From Felis catus (Eukaryota): 64,000 nt of DNA. The stretch covers positions 149,608,001 to 149,672,000 of the forward strand of contig NC_058368.1 in NCBI RefSeq assembly GCF_018350175.1, in the 5' to 3' direction. Below the pieces are notes generated by a model. The model saw nothing but the letters and a program-made list of their open reading frames with translations, made no database searches and was not told the DNA's origin. The position numbers were made by a program, and so were the translations under genes. Positions 37,780-52,294 of this stretch are shown one piece after another. Each line of letters starts with the position of its first letter. The stretch's first letter is position 1.

Positions 37780-38110
37780 TTGAGTGATCCCACACAGCTC
37801 CTTAAAGTGACATGGTGAGTCTTCATCACCTACACCCTACACTTTCCCATAACACTGTCCTTTCTGCCTTTCCACATTTCCTCCTTCCCACCTGGAACAT
37901 GATCTTGATGACTAGAATTCTGACAGTCATTTGGGGGCCTTAAGATAAAAGAATTACAAACCTCTATCCCGACATGTTTGAGCCACTGGACCAGCAAGCA
38001 CCTACTTCCAGACTACTCACCACAAGAGAAAAATAAGCCCTACTGTGTTTAAGTCACTATGACTAGTAGTCAGATTAGTTATATTAGCCATATTCCTCGC
38101 TGATGGAACA
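37780..38110 (+). mobile_element. MLT1-type MaLR LTR relic
   Basis: ctttctgcctttcc...cacctggaacatg...cctacttccagact...aagagaaaaataagccctactgtgtttaagtcact. Confidence 0.6.
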
Positions 38111-38379
38111 GCCAAGCACCTGATATTATTCAAGCATTTTGAGACATCCCTATTGCCCACATCTTTACCTCCTTCCTCATATTCCTACTGCTCCCTTAAC
38201 ATACATACTGGCACAGCACAGCACTCATACATATACACATACCTCATTCATCAGCTGGCCTAAGCCTGAAATTCCACAATTTGAGATTCATTTCCTTAGC
38301 GTGAGTCTTTGATCTTTTCAAAATGTGAATGGTCCTAGAATTAGTAACACGTAAGCATTAGACACTTACCCTTACAATA

Positions 38380-39080
38380 GACTTTTAGAGCTTGTTAATG
38401 ATGTTGCCTGACACTTTGCTAGGAATCCACAAGTGTCTACATAAGACACAAACACTGCCTCAATGAAGCTACACTCCAAAGATAAAGTCATTCCTGAAAA
38501 CTAACGTTAAAAACAGAGTCTAGGTGCTCAGAGAGAGGTGTGGACTTGTGTTATTGAGACATGAAGAAGGTAAACCAAATTCACTATGGTGAGCAAGGGA
38601 AAATTTCCCAGAGGAAATTCCATTTCAGTTGCATAGTCAGGACCAGTATGAGTGAGACTATGTGTGTGTGCGTGTATGCGTGCATGCGCACAGGATCAGA
38701 GGGAAGAGGTCAGCAGAGGGGACATTCTGGGGTACTGCAGGAGAGAAAAGGAGAAGTCCTGTGTACAATTGTATGAGTTGAAACTTTATGAAGTTAAAGA
38801 AAGCTACTGGAATATCCGAATACATGGTGTAATATGATTAGACTTGCATTTTTAAAAGATTATATGTTTCAGTAATGTGGAGAAAGAATTACAGAGGAAT
38901 AAGGCAGGAGATAAGGAGTCCAAAGAAGTTACCTCAGAAGCCAAAGTAAGCATGGATAAAGGTCTACAGCAGTAGCAGATGCTGGAACAGTATGGCTCGT
39001 GAGAAGGCGATGACTGGGAAATACTTAAGAGATCAGATTTTCAGGATTTGACAATTAAGTGGATTGGAAAAGTGTACAAG
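38380..39080 (-). mobile_element. L2 relic
   Basis: tgattagacttgcatttttaaaagatta...caggatttgacaattaagtggattgga. Confidence 0.55.
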
Positions 39081-41359
39081 CATAGAAGTTGGGAATGCTG
39101 CCTAGGTTCCTCACTTGAGCAGCAATATTTATAACTATCCATACTAAACTTTAATAGATTCCAAACAAGTGGACAAGTTGAATTTTCAACACAAGCCACT
39201 CTGATTCCAAAACCTGTTAGATAAACCAGCACTGCCTCCTACTACCAAAACAGCCAACATTGACATATTTAATATTAAGAAACAGCATTTTGGTGGGAAA
39301 CAACAGAGAGAATAGATTCACCTTATTTATTTTTTTTAATTTTGCATATTCTGTAAGACAGTCTTCACATAAAACTTCTCCCGGTATTTCCAAAATCTTT
39401 TCAACTACTGAAAAGAGCGAGACTGATGGAGATATTAGAGGCTGGTAAATAGTATTTGGCCAGATGGGTGATATGAAATCCCGTAACAGTGACTTAGATA
39501 TGCCGGTATGGGGTTAAATATATGTGACCAGTTTCAAAATGTCCTTCTGAAATATACCAAATATTCTGAGTCCATTGCTATTTCATTATGCTTCCACTTT
39601 TCTCCCTTCCCCCATGAAGCCTGGATTTTCAGTCATTAGTCACTGTGGAATGTGAGATTCTCTCAAATGAGGTTTCATTGTGACACCATCACAATTTCAC
39701 CTTTCCATAGCTGAAATAATTTGAGGCATCCATATAATAACCAACACTAGAGATGTGTAAATAATCTGTCACAGGCCGCCAGTGATTAGAATTGTTTGTC
39801 TAAAAATGTCCTTAGGTCAGCTGGCAGGATGCTGTTCTTCTAACCTCTTCCCATTCTGGTTTTGTTTTGTTTTGTTTTTTTCCATTTGCTGATTTCTCAC
39901 AGGATGTGAATTTGACTTCAATGTGACAGAACTATGAAGAACTTTTCACAATTAACCAAGACCATACTGCTTAGTCCATATTTCATTCATCTTTAATTCT
40001 TAAGTGAAATCTGTTGATGTTTATAAAAGATATCTTCATGGCATCTAATGATCCCTTGGTTCCTCAAAAGATGACTTCTTAGTCATGGAAACATGTTTTC
40101 ATCTTTGTTCTTAATCTTTCTTCAAAGTAGCACTAGTCATAAGAAAAGAGCTGGTTTATTCTAAGAAGAATGAGAGAGATCCTTAGCTATCTAACTTTGC
40201 TAATCTCCTGAAATATAAAATATTTGAAAATGTTTCAGCTGATCCCTAATACATTACACCCATGTAGGCAAAAATCACTGACACTGAAAATTAAAATCCT
40301 GCACTATTTTAAAATGCATATTTTGTTCACTACAGTGATAATGAGTTCTCTTTAAAGGTATCACCGATTCAGGCACAAGTCACTAGCTGTCAAAAAATGG
40401 CAGATTGCTCTTCTGATAAAGTGACACAGCATGAAATACATCTTTGAACGTAGGCTCCTATTTAAATTGTGGAGCTCACACCTAAGGAAGCAATACCATT
40501 AATTGGAAAATATCTCAAGAAAGATCACCATAGGTTGCAACAATAGAGGATTCACTTATGGCTTTTGGATGAAAAGAATAAAAGAAAATAATGTTAATTT
40601 TGTCGTCAGTTCATACAAACTATTAAATGTGTTTTTAATGTGAGGAAATACATTTTTTTCTGGTTTAGCTATAGCAGAAAAGCTGCCACTTTGAAACCTT
40701 TTCCATTTTATAAGATTCTTCTTTTATAAAGTTCTTTTACTTCAGTTCTAACACCATCATAGTCTTGTATTAAATTACCTAAAGATAATAATTGCCACTC
40801 TTCCAAAAATGCCTTGAGGTCTGCCCTGGTTGGAAGGAGAATGAGGGTTTGTTTTTCTGCTGGAAAGAGAGGGCTGGGTTTCTTTCTACTTGCACAACCT
40901 GCTATATGACAAACAGCCTCCTGCTGTAAAGATCTAAATTCAGATTCTTCCCCAGATTACTCGTTTGGGTTTTTGCTCGGTCCTGGAAGAGGAGCATTGA
41001 ATGTTTTATACTGAAAGTCAAATTTAAGTTGAAGCAAAGACAAATGAAGAGGATGAAAAGCCACACTTCCCCCACGACACCAACTGGATCTATCCTAGAA
41101 AGCGGTACAAAGTTAGTGTTGTGGCCAAAGCACTTCATAGCTCCTGTTCATTCATCCCCAAATGCCATTCATTAGGATTTACCAACTCTAATCTGAAATC
41201 AACCTTATTCTCTTGCCAAAGAAGGCTGACATGTAGAGGTATCTAATGGGAAAATCAATTTTGGCGAGGATAGATAAATAGCACATAGGTGATATAATTA
41301 TCATAGTGGCAATACTTCTAAAAATCCACAGATGAATTGAAATAAAGACATTCCCACTA

Positions 41360-41572
41360 GAGGTACTTAGGTGGCTCAGTCTGTTGAGCATCTGACTTTT
41401 GACTTCGGCTCAGGTCACGATCTCACCATTCATGACTTTGAACCCCACGTCAGGCTCTGTGCTGACAGTGATAGCCTGTTTGGGATTCTCTCTCTCTTTC
41501 TCCTTCTCTCTCTCTGCCTCTCCCCACTCTCTCAAAATCGATAAATAAACTCGAAAAAATCTTGAAAAAAAA
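41360..41572 (+). mobile_element. Can-SINE
   Basis: Perfect TSD aaagacattcccacta. Confidence 0.95.
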
Positions 41573-43559
41573 AAAGACATTCCCACTATAAGAAAAAAAT
41601 ACAAGTATTCAATGTGCTCTAGTTACAATAGTCTTTATATTTTGACATTTTAAACTGATCTTCCCTAATTGATGACAGAATCCCCTAGTCCCTTATAAAG
41701 ACAAAGATTAACCATGGAATGCCCTCCCAATCCTTTCCTCAGAGATTGAAAAGTAATATGAGGAAAATTAGAGTTCATATCTCCTGAGCTTCATCTTGTT
41801 GTGAAGATCTGGCCAGCAGCAAACATTCTTTCTCCCCTTACCCCATTCCAGTGCCTCCTGATCCATCAAGGACACAGTCTAAAGTGTCCAGTTCAAGACA
41901 AAAAGGAGCTCAAAACATGTATTCAGAACCAAGATGAATTTACCGAGTTAGGTTTTTCCAAAGTGGGCAGCTCCCTTTCAATGCATGCAACATTTATCAA
42001 ATCAGCCTACAAACAATGTCCTATAGATCCTGTAGAGGAAATAAAAAACATTATGCATGTGGAAACTTAGATCTAGCAAGAAAATACCTAAGTATGCAAA
42101 CATGTGCTATAAACATAGTCAACATTCAGCTCTCAACTTAACCATTACCTCAGAAATGCTTTCCTATTCCTCTCTCCTTGTTAGTCCTTAGCCCTTCTCC
42201 TAGTATACTTTTGCTTGCCTTTATAACACTGGCTCTAATATGCAATTATGTATTTACTTCATATTAATTTGTTTTATATTTGTCTTCCCCACTTAATTGT
42301 ATGTTAGAAAGAGGCAAGAATGGCTTTCTCTGGCATTGTTTTTCCCTTTTTCTCACCGTTACTCAGAATTTAGCACCAATGCTTAGCACTGTCAAGGGGT
42401 GGATAGAAACGGATGCATGCAAGGACTTGATTCAATAACCAAAAATGAAGTATAAGTAGAATTAATTGATCTGGGAAGACTTGGGAAGATTCCATAGCAC
42501 AAGGAAAATTTAGATTACTAGGATTTCAACATTCAAAAGGGGAGGGGAAGAATGCATCCCCACTGGTTGAGGAAAAAAATGTGAGCAAATACAGAAAAGG
42601 AGGAAAGTGCAGGGAATAATCCTGGAGTACTGGGTTAGGTCAGAATATATAATTTATGAGGATGGAAGTAAAAAATAAATCTGAAGGGAAGTCAGGGACT
42701 ACTTGTGGAGGTTCTGGTTGACATACTAAGAATTTTGGCATGTGACTTTACAAAACTTAGGCATGAAGGGTTTTTTGGTTTTGTTTTGGTTTTGTTTTTT
42801 TGTTTTGTTTTGTTTTGATCCTGTATGTATGTAGCTCCATTTCATCTCAAAAATAGATACAACAATGCTATACCAACTTTAACAAATTGATTCAGGAAAT
42901 ACTACATGTGGTTTTTTTCTATTGAAGATGCAGTGAAAAATTTTGATACCATTCATGTTGACTACAAAGCCAATATAATATTTAAATTTAAACTGATGAG
43001 AGATAGAACATAGGGCTGGATTTATGCTGTTTGTTCTTGGTCATTGTTTTCTTCCTCTGACATTTTATGAATAATTAGACTTTAATGAAACATACATCAC
43101 CCCAAAGGTTGAACAGTCTGCCACCAGCTTCCATGGTTGAGTTCAGATGTCTGTATACTTGAATTAGCATGTGGGAAATGTGTATTTCCTTTGCTGAAAT
43201 TAATAGTAGCATTCTTTGTCCCATTGGGTCAGGGTCTGCTCCCATCTTCCTTTTAATGAACATCGTTTTTCCCATGGGTCCAGTTTGGGACAGGCTCCTG
43301 TGCCAGGAGGAGGCACATGAAAAATTCCTGAATTAAACATAATGGTGCATCAAATTGAGCCTTTCCTATTCCAGGCAATTAGAATGTGTTACTCTGTCCT
43401 CCTATCTATCTCTGCTGCCTTCTGTACCCATGGCTTTTTTATCTTAACTTTGGATTTGGCCTTTACAATTTGTGACTTTTGTTTCCAGTTTGTTGTTTTA
43501 CTTCTTGACTATCCTGACCTTCAAAGTCTATATATGCGTTGAACTGTTTGCTTTCTTAA

Positions 43560-43800
43560 TTACTTCTTTGACCTGATAATAGTGATAAATACAGTAAAGC
43601 CCAACAGGGTACTTGATATCTGCCAATTGTTATAGGCACATGATGGCACTGAAATAGTCCTTCAAGGTGTGGATCCCTATTCCCATTTTGGAATGGAAAC
43701 AGAATTTCTAAAATGATAAATAACTTTGTCTAAGTCACATAGCTGGTAGATGGCAGAGATAGAATTTATACCAGTTCTGTCTGCTTCAACATCTATTTTC
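43560..43800 (-). mobile_element. MIR
   Basis: ctattcccattttg...taactttgtctaagtcacatagctggtagatggcagag. Confidence 0.7.
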
Positions 43801-45639
43801 TTTTCTAACCTACCACATTAACACTAAAATTCCTGCTTCTTAACTCCTGCACATCTAAGCTCTTCGTTTCCTACCAGTTTGCTGACTCACAGCCTGGGCT
43901 AAACCTATAAAGTCCCTTTTTCCAACTATAACTGATTCATGAAACTGGGGAAATGAAATCAGGTTGCAGTTTTTACCTAGTCTGTTGGAAAAACACTGAC
44001 TATAGAGTCAGAGACATTAATTAGAGTCCACTCTCTTTAGTTTCATATACACTACAAGCCTTTTGGAAAGCTGTTTACCCATTCTGAACACAGATGCCTC
44101 AACTACAAAGTAAAGGACTTCACTAGATAATATATAGCAAAACCATCAGGCTTTCTCTCTGGGGCATGCACTCCACCCATCTGTGCTGGCACAGAGACAG
44201 GCTCTATCTATCCAGTTCTGACCCCCTACCATATTTGAAATCATATCTTCCTTGTGCTTTCTTGACCAGGCAACAATTGTCACTCTTTTTTTTTAAAGGA
44301 TAGAGTGTCCCCTTCATGAGAGAACCCCTGGAAAATCCTTTCAGATTTCAGTACCTGGAAAGGCTTACATTCTTGTGAATAATGCTTTATATATTAACTC
44401 TACAGATACTATGAACTTTTAAGTCATCAGATTCTTGTTTTGGCTGCTAGAAAACTCAAAACCAACTATTGGCCTGCCTCCAGGAACTATTAAAACTCTC
44501 ATGGCATGATTTTGGTATGCTAAATTTCTATCCAATTTCCCTTACTATTTATTATTTACTTTTGTTTTGATTGCTACAACTATTCATTTGTTCTCCTTAT
44601 CCTGTGTATGGTCTTTATTGCTGTAAGTACCTTTGAAAATATTTTTGAATTAGAGAGTGGGCAGAAATGTATACTACTGATTGAATAGTAGATAGGTGCA
44701 ATAGGTGGACTTGCAAATAAACCAATAAATAACTATAGTATACCAGGACTTTCTTTTCTGCAGTTACTGACCAAACAGTACATTTTAGTTTTAACATGCT
44801 TGGGTCTTGATTATTCCATAAAAGCTTATACAAGTGTTGAAAAGCGACATTGCCTTTAGCAAACTGAAAACACCTTCAATAGTAGAATCATTAAAAATTA
44901 TTACACCACAGAATAAAATCTGTCTGATTTTCATCAGGACTTTGTGTAAGACAAAAAGTGATGTGTCAATTTTACCTGGAAAGTAAATCCTCTGTGTTTT
45001 TGTTGATGCCAGCCAAACTGAAAGGAATCATAGCACGGTCAAATCAATCAAACAATTAGCCCTTATTAGGATTATGATTCAACAGTACGTACACACCCAT
45101 ATATAAAAGACCACTTTGTTAAGAATGGGGACACCACAGCCTTATAAGAATAATCCATTTGGATTTATAAAAGTCTTGATCCAGCTTAGAACTCTGAATC
45201 TCATAGAATCAAACTTCTTAGATGCTTTTCCTCACCCTCCTCTAAAGCAAATCAAAACACTCCTATTTCCATCTGGATTAGAAAAAAATAACAGCCTTTT
45301 CATTAGGTTTGATGTTTAAAGAACTAATTAGTAAGAAAACACTGCGTGTGCTGCAACTGGTACTGAATTTGAAACCTGCAGAAATTCCTCTAGACTTTTA
45401 TTTTACTCATAGCATATTTATTGATCAATTACCATATGCCAGGCCCTGTGCTAGATACTGAGAATACAGTGATAAATAAGACAGAGTATCTGTCCTCTTG
45501 GATCTTACATTCTACTAAAGTGAAATGGTAAGAGTGCAGTGCAATACAGACAACACGGCGGGGGGGGGGGATAAAATAACTGTAGGTATTAATAAAAATT
45601 AAAAAAAATAGAATGGAACAATAAGATTACATTAGTATA

Positions 45640-46070
45640 TAATTAAGGAAACAGGCTATTTAAAACAAAGGTAATGAATTAGTGGAAGAGCTGAAGAATC
45701 AAATAGGGTGGTGAGATTTTCCAGAGATTAGCAAAAGCAGAACATCATTACCACTCCTAGGCTGGAGGGACAAAGACAGTAGGTTAAATTAACCACATTC
45801 TAAATACTGTGGTCACCTGGCAGAAGCTGAAATCACACTGCACATGAAGGAGTGAGCGGGAGCCACAGAGAAAAAAAATAGGCATCGCTGGAGACGCCAC
45901 TCCAGTTAGAGAGGCAGGGAAATTCCTTCCATCTCTGCATTAGTGCCATCCATTGATCAGGAAGCCAGCTGACATGCCAGCCTGGAAAATACCACCTCCA
46001 GTAGTCAGCACCACAGTCCAGTAGTCTGGTGGGAAATGGGCAAGGAGGGGATTTGAAGTCAAACAAGATT
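45640..46070 (-). mobile_element. MaLR (MLT1-type) LTR relic
   Basis: ccattgatcaggaagccagctgac...cagtagtcagcaccacag-like motifs. Confidence 0.45.
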
Positions 46071-46974
46071 AGGCTTGCACAAGAATAGAGAGTGACCAGG
46101 GATGGTCAGATTAGGATGTGGGATGGGATGGGGTAGTTGGGATGGTCAGATTAGGACGTGACATTTGAGCAGGGACCTGGAGATGTGAAGGACAAAGCCA
46201 TAGGGAGATCTGAGGACAGCATTCCAGGCAGAGTAACAGCAAGTTCAAGTCCCTGAGAGAGGAAAAGACCTTGTCAAGCCTGAGCAGAGACATGAAGACG
46301 ACATGCGAGGGGGTGATAGGAGATGTAATCAGACACCTGGTTGGAAACAGCTCATTGTAAGGCCTTGGGGGGTCACGGGAGAGTTTAGGTTTTATTGTAT
46401 TGAGTAAAGAAATGTTGACTTGTCTTTTCTATTTGCAAAATAGGCACTGTGGAAACTGAGCATAATACTGCTTAAAACTCGCCTGCCAATCTTAGGGAAA
46501 AATGGCTCAACTCTGATCTTTTAGGGGCAATAATAAGACCTGGAGCAAAATTCTCCAGCTATGCTCCTTGGTTACATCTCCTCAACCTTTGCCTACAAGT
46601 CTCCTCATCCTCGCCAACAATGCACACATAATCAAATTAATTGGAGGAGAGTTGTGAGGAAGCACCCAAAGAGAATGCATCCTTAACTATCACACTCTTC
46701 ATCCTCTGTAATGTAGGGAAAGTTTCAGTAAACTTCAAGCTGCCAACTTAGGTGCTGATAAACATTCTGGCATCCTCGTTTTCTCCTGATTCTTTCTAAG
46801 CACCATAGTTAGGAAATTTCTGTACCTTGGTTTATTACTTTATTGTTCTTTATTTTTTTTAATGGTGATTTTTTTTAAAGTAAGTTATTAACGAGAAATT
46901 TGAACTGTATGGAAACGGTCTTTTGTCACATATAATATTGCCATTCGGTTGTTAATGACTTTAGGCACTATAAT

Positions 46975-47161
46975 TTTTTTTTAATGTTTATTTTTGAGAG
47001 ACAAAGCACAAGTGAGGGAGAGGCAGAGAGAGAGAGGGGCAAAGGATCAAAGTGGGCTCCAAGCTGTCAGCATAGAGCCTGACCCAGGGCTCAAACTCAT
47101 GAACTGTGAGACCATGACCTGGGCCAAAGTCCAATGCTCAACTGAGCTACTCAGGCACCCC
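46975..47161 (-). mobile_element. Can-SINE
   Basis: TSD aggcactat. Confidence 0.94.
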
Positions 47162-47267
47162 AGGCACTATGAATTTATATAGTATAGATTCATTTTCTTC
47201 ATGATCTTCTACTTATTAACCAAAATGTATTTAAATCAATTAGTAATTATGGAAAACATTTTCTCTC

Positions 47268-47463
47268 TTTTTTTTAATGTTTATTTATTTTTGAGAGAGA
47301 GCGCACACTTGCACCAGCAGGGGTGGGGCAAAGAGAGAAGAAGACAGAGAATCCCAAGCAGGCTTTGTGCTATTAGCACACAGCCCAACAGGGAACCTGA
47401 TCTCATGAACTGTGAAATCATGACCTGCTGGATGCTTAACCAACTGAGCCACCCAGGCACCCC
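47268..47463 (-). mobile_element. Can-SINE (second unit of a tandem pair)
   Basis: Outer TSD tggaaaacattttctct at 47250 and 47717 encloses both units. Confidence 0.94.
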
Positions 47464-47466
47464 ACA

Positions 47467-47503
47467 TTTTTTGAATGTTTATCTATTTATTTTGAGAGAG
47501 AGA

Positions 47504-47547
<44 letters not shown>

Positions 47548-47716
47548 ACAAGCAGAGGAGGGGCAGAGAGAGAGGGGAAGAGAGAGAGAATCCCAAGTGG
47601 GTCCCACACTGTCAGTGCAGAGCCCAATATGAGGCTCAATCCCATGAACGGTAAGATCATGATTTGAGCCAAAATCAACAGTCAGATGCTTCACCACCTG
47701 AGTCATCCAGGCACCC
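47467..47716 (-). mobile_element. Can-SINE with long (GA)n
   Basis: Antisense SINE; shares outer TSD with its neighbour. Confidence 0.95.
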
Positions 47717-48199
47717 TGGAAAACATTTTCTCTTTAAAAATTTATGAAGAACACAAAACAAATGACAAAAACCCAAAAAAATGTTTTAATAAAAATAATT
47801 TTTGTGGAGTATTAATGATAAATTACATTAAGGTAAATCAGATATTCATTTGTTCAGGTTATTAATTCTTAAGTACCTGCCACATGCCAAACATCATGGC
47901 AAGTATTGAGGACACAATTGGGATATGGTCTTAGGCACAGTACTTGACCTCCTAGAGACTTATGATTCATGACCACATCATTGTACTTCCTGTGGCACTT
48001 CCTTTGCACACAGGAGGCACTAAATAGCTATAGGCCAATTGAATGAACAAGTGACTCTGTTTCATGTATTAATGTCATCAGAATGAATCAACTTCCATAA
48101 GTTAACTTCCAGTAGCCAGATGAGTACATGTCAAAATACCAAACAGGTTAAACAGAAAACTGACTTCATTCAGTTAGGGTATAGCTAAACGTTCAGAAC

Positions 48200-48259
48200 T
48201 GAAATGGTATATTTCAGTTGTATATTACTGAATGGTATATTCAGTTGTATATTACTGAA
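48200..48259. repeat. ~28-bp tandem duplication
   Basis: tgaaatggtatatttcagttgtatattac followed by tgaatggtatattcagttgtatattac. Confidence 0.9.
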
Positions 48260-49699
48260 AATTGAATATGGAAACATCTTAAAAATTATACAGCCAAGTA
48301 AAGTTTTGGAAAAGAAAAAGAAAAGAAATGCCTAAATTGACATTCCCAGTAAGAAGGAAAGATTCACGATGACTGGGGCAAAGTAGTACAGCTGATAACC
48401 CAATAACCCAGTACTTGCTGCCTCTCTTATATAAAATATTGGTGTTTTAAATTGTGTGATATAATGTGGAAGCAAATTAGCATAACATATAAAACAGAAA
48501 GGAGAATGTCAGTTGTTTCCAACAGGTCTCTGGAAAATTATACTCAAAGTTCACATAATGGGAGCATATAAGATGTATGAATACGTCAAAGATCAATGTT
48601 CCCTATATAATAATACAGTTTTTCCTCATTTACCCCATTCTTATAGTCTTTCAAACCTGTAAAAATTATCTAACATGATATATTGACAGGCATGTGGTCA
48701 GAGATAAAGTGAAAATCTATTGTATGACTAGGAAGTTAATTAACCTAACAGTAATGATTACTATAACAATCTCTGAACGTCTTGGAACCTGAAATTCTCT
48801 AAATGTTTGGTGATGTAAATTTTAAGAGCATTAAATGTTTCAAAGAACTAAGTCAGGATCAATGAAAGAATAACCAAATGAATAGGACTATGTGTCAGCC
48901 TTGTGCTAGACACTAGCGAATATTATGTAGAAATAATACCTAAAGAAAAATGATGAAGAATTCAACCTCCATCATTTCACATAGTTTAAAATATAAGCTG
49001 AAAATAATTTTGTCAACTCAGAAGAGAGAAATATTCTACCAAATGTGGCCAAAGATCTGCTTTTCTAAGGAAATAAAAGGAGTTCATTGTATCCAGATTT
49101 AGAATAAATCTGTTCCTGCAAGCAGAGGCATCTGTTGTTACTAGTATTTTTGTGTGTATATGAATATGAACTGAATATGAATTTTACTTTCATAAGCCTC
49201 TTTTTACATCTAGTTTTTAAATTCAAAAGTTCTGGAGAGATTTAAAGGGCAGTAGTCTTCCCCAAACTCTAAAGGGTGTAGGATGTATTTTTAACTAGAA
49301 AGAAGAATGCCGGGAAACAATATTTTTCTTTAGCCCAGTGACTCCGAGTTTTTAAAAAAGTGATATAATAGCCAGTATTTGTGAAAAACCAAAGACCACT
49401 ACAGCTTTTTGGTAACAGGAATAAACCAAGAATATCTGAAGCATCCTCAGGCCTAGCACAATGGAATGGGGTCGTGAATCAGAAGATCATGGAATATATT
49501 TCTTCCTTTAAAATAAAATGAGCACATACCCAAAGAAAATGGCTGCTGTGGTGGTCGATTACCCCAGTTGAAGTCCAGGCTTTTGACCTGGGTTTAGCTT
49601 TCCCCACGTATCAGTATGAAGATTTGCCTGCATTCTGCCAGGTACCATCTCCACAGCTGAATTTTTGGCAGAGAGAAATGCTGATACTGGAAGTGGTCA

Positions 49700-49825
49700 G
49701 AACCGGGCTCCAGGCCCAGCTCTACTCTTCCTCAGCTGTATGACCTTGGGTAAGTGGTTTACCTTTGCAAACCTCATCAGTTTCATGGGAGGCTGAGGAG
49801 TGTAGGAGATAAAGCTTATCTCTCC
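49700..49825 (+). mobile_element. MIR
   Basis: ccaggcccagctctactcttcctcagctgtatgaccttgggtaagtggtttacct. Confidence 0.75.
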
Positions 49826-50736
49826 ACTACTGAGGGGTGTTTTTTCCAGGTCTGGAGACCCTCCTTGGCCTCTCTCCATGTTCTATTTACCTTGTTCTGC
49901 CTCTGGGGCAAAACTTCTCTGATTAGTAAATTTGAATGAATAATTACTCACACTCAGTTCTAAGGAGCAAGCATAGCCACCAAAATCACAGGAAACAAAG
50001 ATATATTCTGCTTTTCTCTGCCTTAAATCTTACCTGGGAGGCCTGTCCCAGTTCAGCATTGTCATGATTGGTGGAGAAGACTTACAGCCACATCTTCCAA
50101 GGTGGCTTCTTCTTACAATCAAGGTGATACTTACCCTCTACTTCTCTCAGTTTTCTTATTTCTCAACAAGTTTAGAAGCCTGGTGGGGAAGAGGAGTGCT
50201 ATTCACCAGGTGCCCCTTTGGAGATCCCCATATTCATTGTTATTACTACTGTCACTGCTCATTCACTGATTTGGGAAAAGGGGAAATGGTTAAAACTCTT
50301 GAGTATTCTCCATCAGCATTCCTCAGGATTTCATTAATATCTATTGGATAAATTATAAAATATTGAAACCACATGGAACTTTTAAGGACCTAATGCCATT
50401 TTTTGTACAAAAAGAAACAGTAGTTCTTAAATGTATCCCAGTCCTGCAGCCAGCCAGCGGCAGGACATCCTTCTTACCACTCCTTACTGTACCCCTGCAC
50501 TAAGTGAGTCACTCATTCTGTTTTATTTTTGTCCTCTTTTTTAACGAATGAGGTTTTTTTCCTCAATTCAGAGTTGGGGTTTTTGGAGAGACACCGAGAA
50601 CCTCAGAAATAAAGGGGTGGGGCAGGGGGGACAACTAGGAAGAAGCTTACATCACTCAATTTGACTGAGGACAGGAAGTACCATATTTAATATTAGTTTG
50701 TCCTAGTTTTTCAAAGCAAGCCAAAGATTTGCAAGC

Positions 50737-51310
50737 CCGGTGGTTCACAAAGTGTAGTGCAGCAGCCCTGGCAGCAACCGGAGACTTGTTAGGAAGGCAA
50801 ATTCCTGGCCCCACCCCCAACCTACTGGATGAGCCTGCCAGAGCTGCCATAACCAACGAGCACAGACAGGGTGGCTTGGCCAAGAATTTACTGTCTCACA
50901 GTTTTGGAGGCTAAGAGTTTCAGATGAGGGTGCTCACAAATTTGGTTTCTCCAGAGGTCCCTTGCTGTCTGACTCGTAGATGGCCACCTTTCTGCTCTGT
51001 CTTCACATGGCCTTTCCTACGTGTGAGCATACCTGGAGCGTCTTCCTCTTCTTATAGAGAGGATCAGTCATGTTAGAGGCCCCCCCTTTATGGCCTCATT
51101 TCATCTTAGTCACCTCTTTAACTCCTCTAGCTCCAAATATAGTCACAGTCTAAGGGACTGGGGTTAGAGTGTCAATATATATAAATTTGGAGGAGACACA
51201 ATTCAGTCCATAACACCTGTTGAGTTAAAAAATGCAATGGTTGGGACCCAGCAATCTGTGTATTATTAAGCCCCTCAGGCGATTTTCATGCCAGTTAAAG
51301 TTTGCAGGGA
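50737..51310. mobile_element. MER5A-like hAT-Charlie MITE split by an MLT1 LTR
   Basis: Left half ggtggttcacaaagtgt...ggccccacccccaacctac; right half gggacccagcaatctgtgtattattaagcccctcaggcgatttt...taaagtttg. Confidence 0.8.
50826..51215 (-). mobile_element. MLT1A/B-type MaLR solo LTR
   Basis: Reverse complement starts tgttatggactgaattgtgtc; TG..CA ends; partial 5-bp TSD cctac/cctgt. Confidence 0.88.
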
Positions 51311-52294
51311 TTAATCTAAGTCTAAAAGACATCAGGACCAGTGTTGTTTTGGCACACACGAGCATGTGAAAGAAATGGAGCTAACTGTGGCAAGGGCCTG
51401 GCCACCAAAGGCATGACTGTGAGTATGCATTCAATACTGTGCGAGTGCTAGATGCACGTGCAGTAGCGAGCAGATTCACCTCCCCAGTATTCTTGCCAGA
51501 TGGCCTTGGGAAGTGGACTGAACCTCTTGGATTGAGTGACCACCCTCATTGGATTCTTAGATAATCCTGGAAGTGGTGGGATCTCCAAAGAGAACGAATG
51601 CTTTATTACAACACATTGATGCCCACCTTCAAATGCAAATAGAAAGCAGAAGAGGTCATAAATTATTTACATCATTATTGAGATTAAATCTGAAAGGAAA
51701 GATTACTGTGTTTTCTGCATGAGGGAGGAAGGGGTTAAAGAGAAGGACAGACTTTAGGATTTAAACTCCTGGCTGGAGTTCAGAATCACCTGAGCAGATT
51801 GGCAATAAATGGATTTCTCAGTCCCACTCGTGACTGAATCAGACCTTCCAAAGACAGGGCTCAAGACGAAGACTGAAGCGTGGTTCTCTGGATAAGTGGG
51901 AAGTTGGAATAACATACAGAGTTAATTGAACTAGTAGTTCATCATTATTAAGCAACAGGGATACAAAAATAGCACTCACACTTTTTGTCACATGTTTTAT
52001 AGGAACTGGAAAAAGAAGAGAACGATGTGAGAGAAGCTTATCACAAATAATTCCAGATTAGAATTTAGATAGTATGAAATGATAACACCGATCTAGGAAA
52101 TGGATTCAAAACTATTTCTCCTCTCTTTTTCCTTACCCTACTGCAAGCTTTCTGCATGAAGCTGTCAGCACCTTGACCCATTCAGCACACACAGGTATGC
52201 CACTGTCTGGCATGACACCACACCCCTTTTGAAAATCTTACTTTCCATTGCTCTTTAATCTTAATATGAATTACCCAAGAATAAACTATCTTTT

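Noticed and set aside
43075..43330. Minus-strand coding exon (GIFHVPPPGTGACPKLDPWEKRC...)
   Set aside because: The frames entered from the acceptor either stop early or give no recognisable protein; no clear donor.
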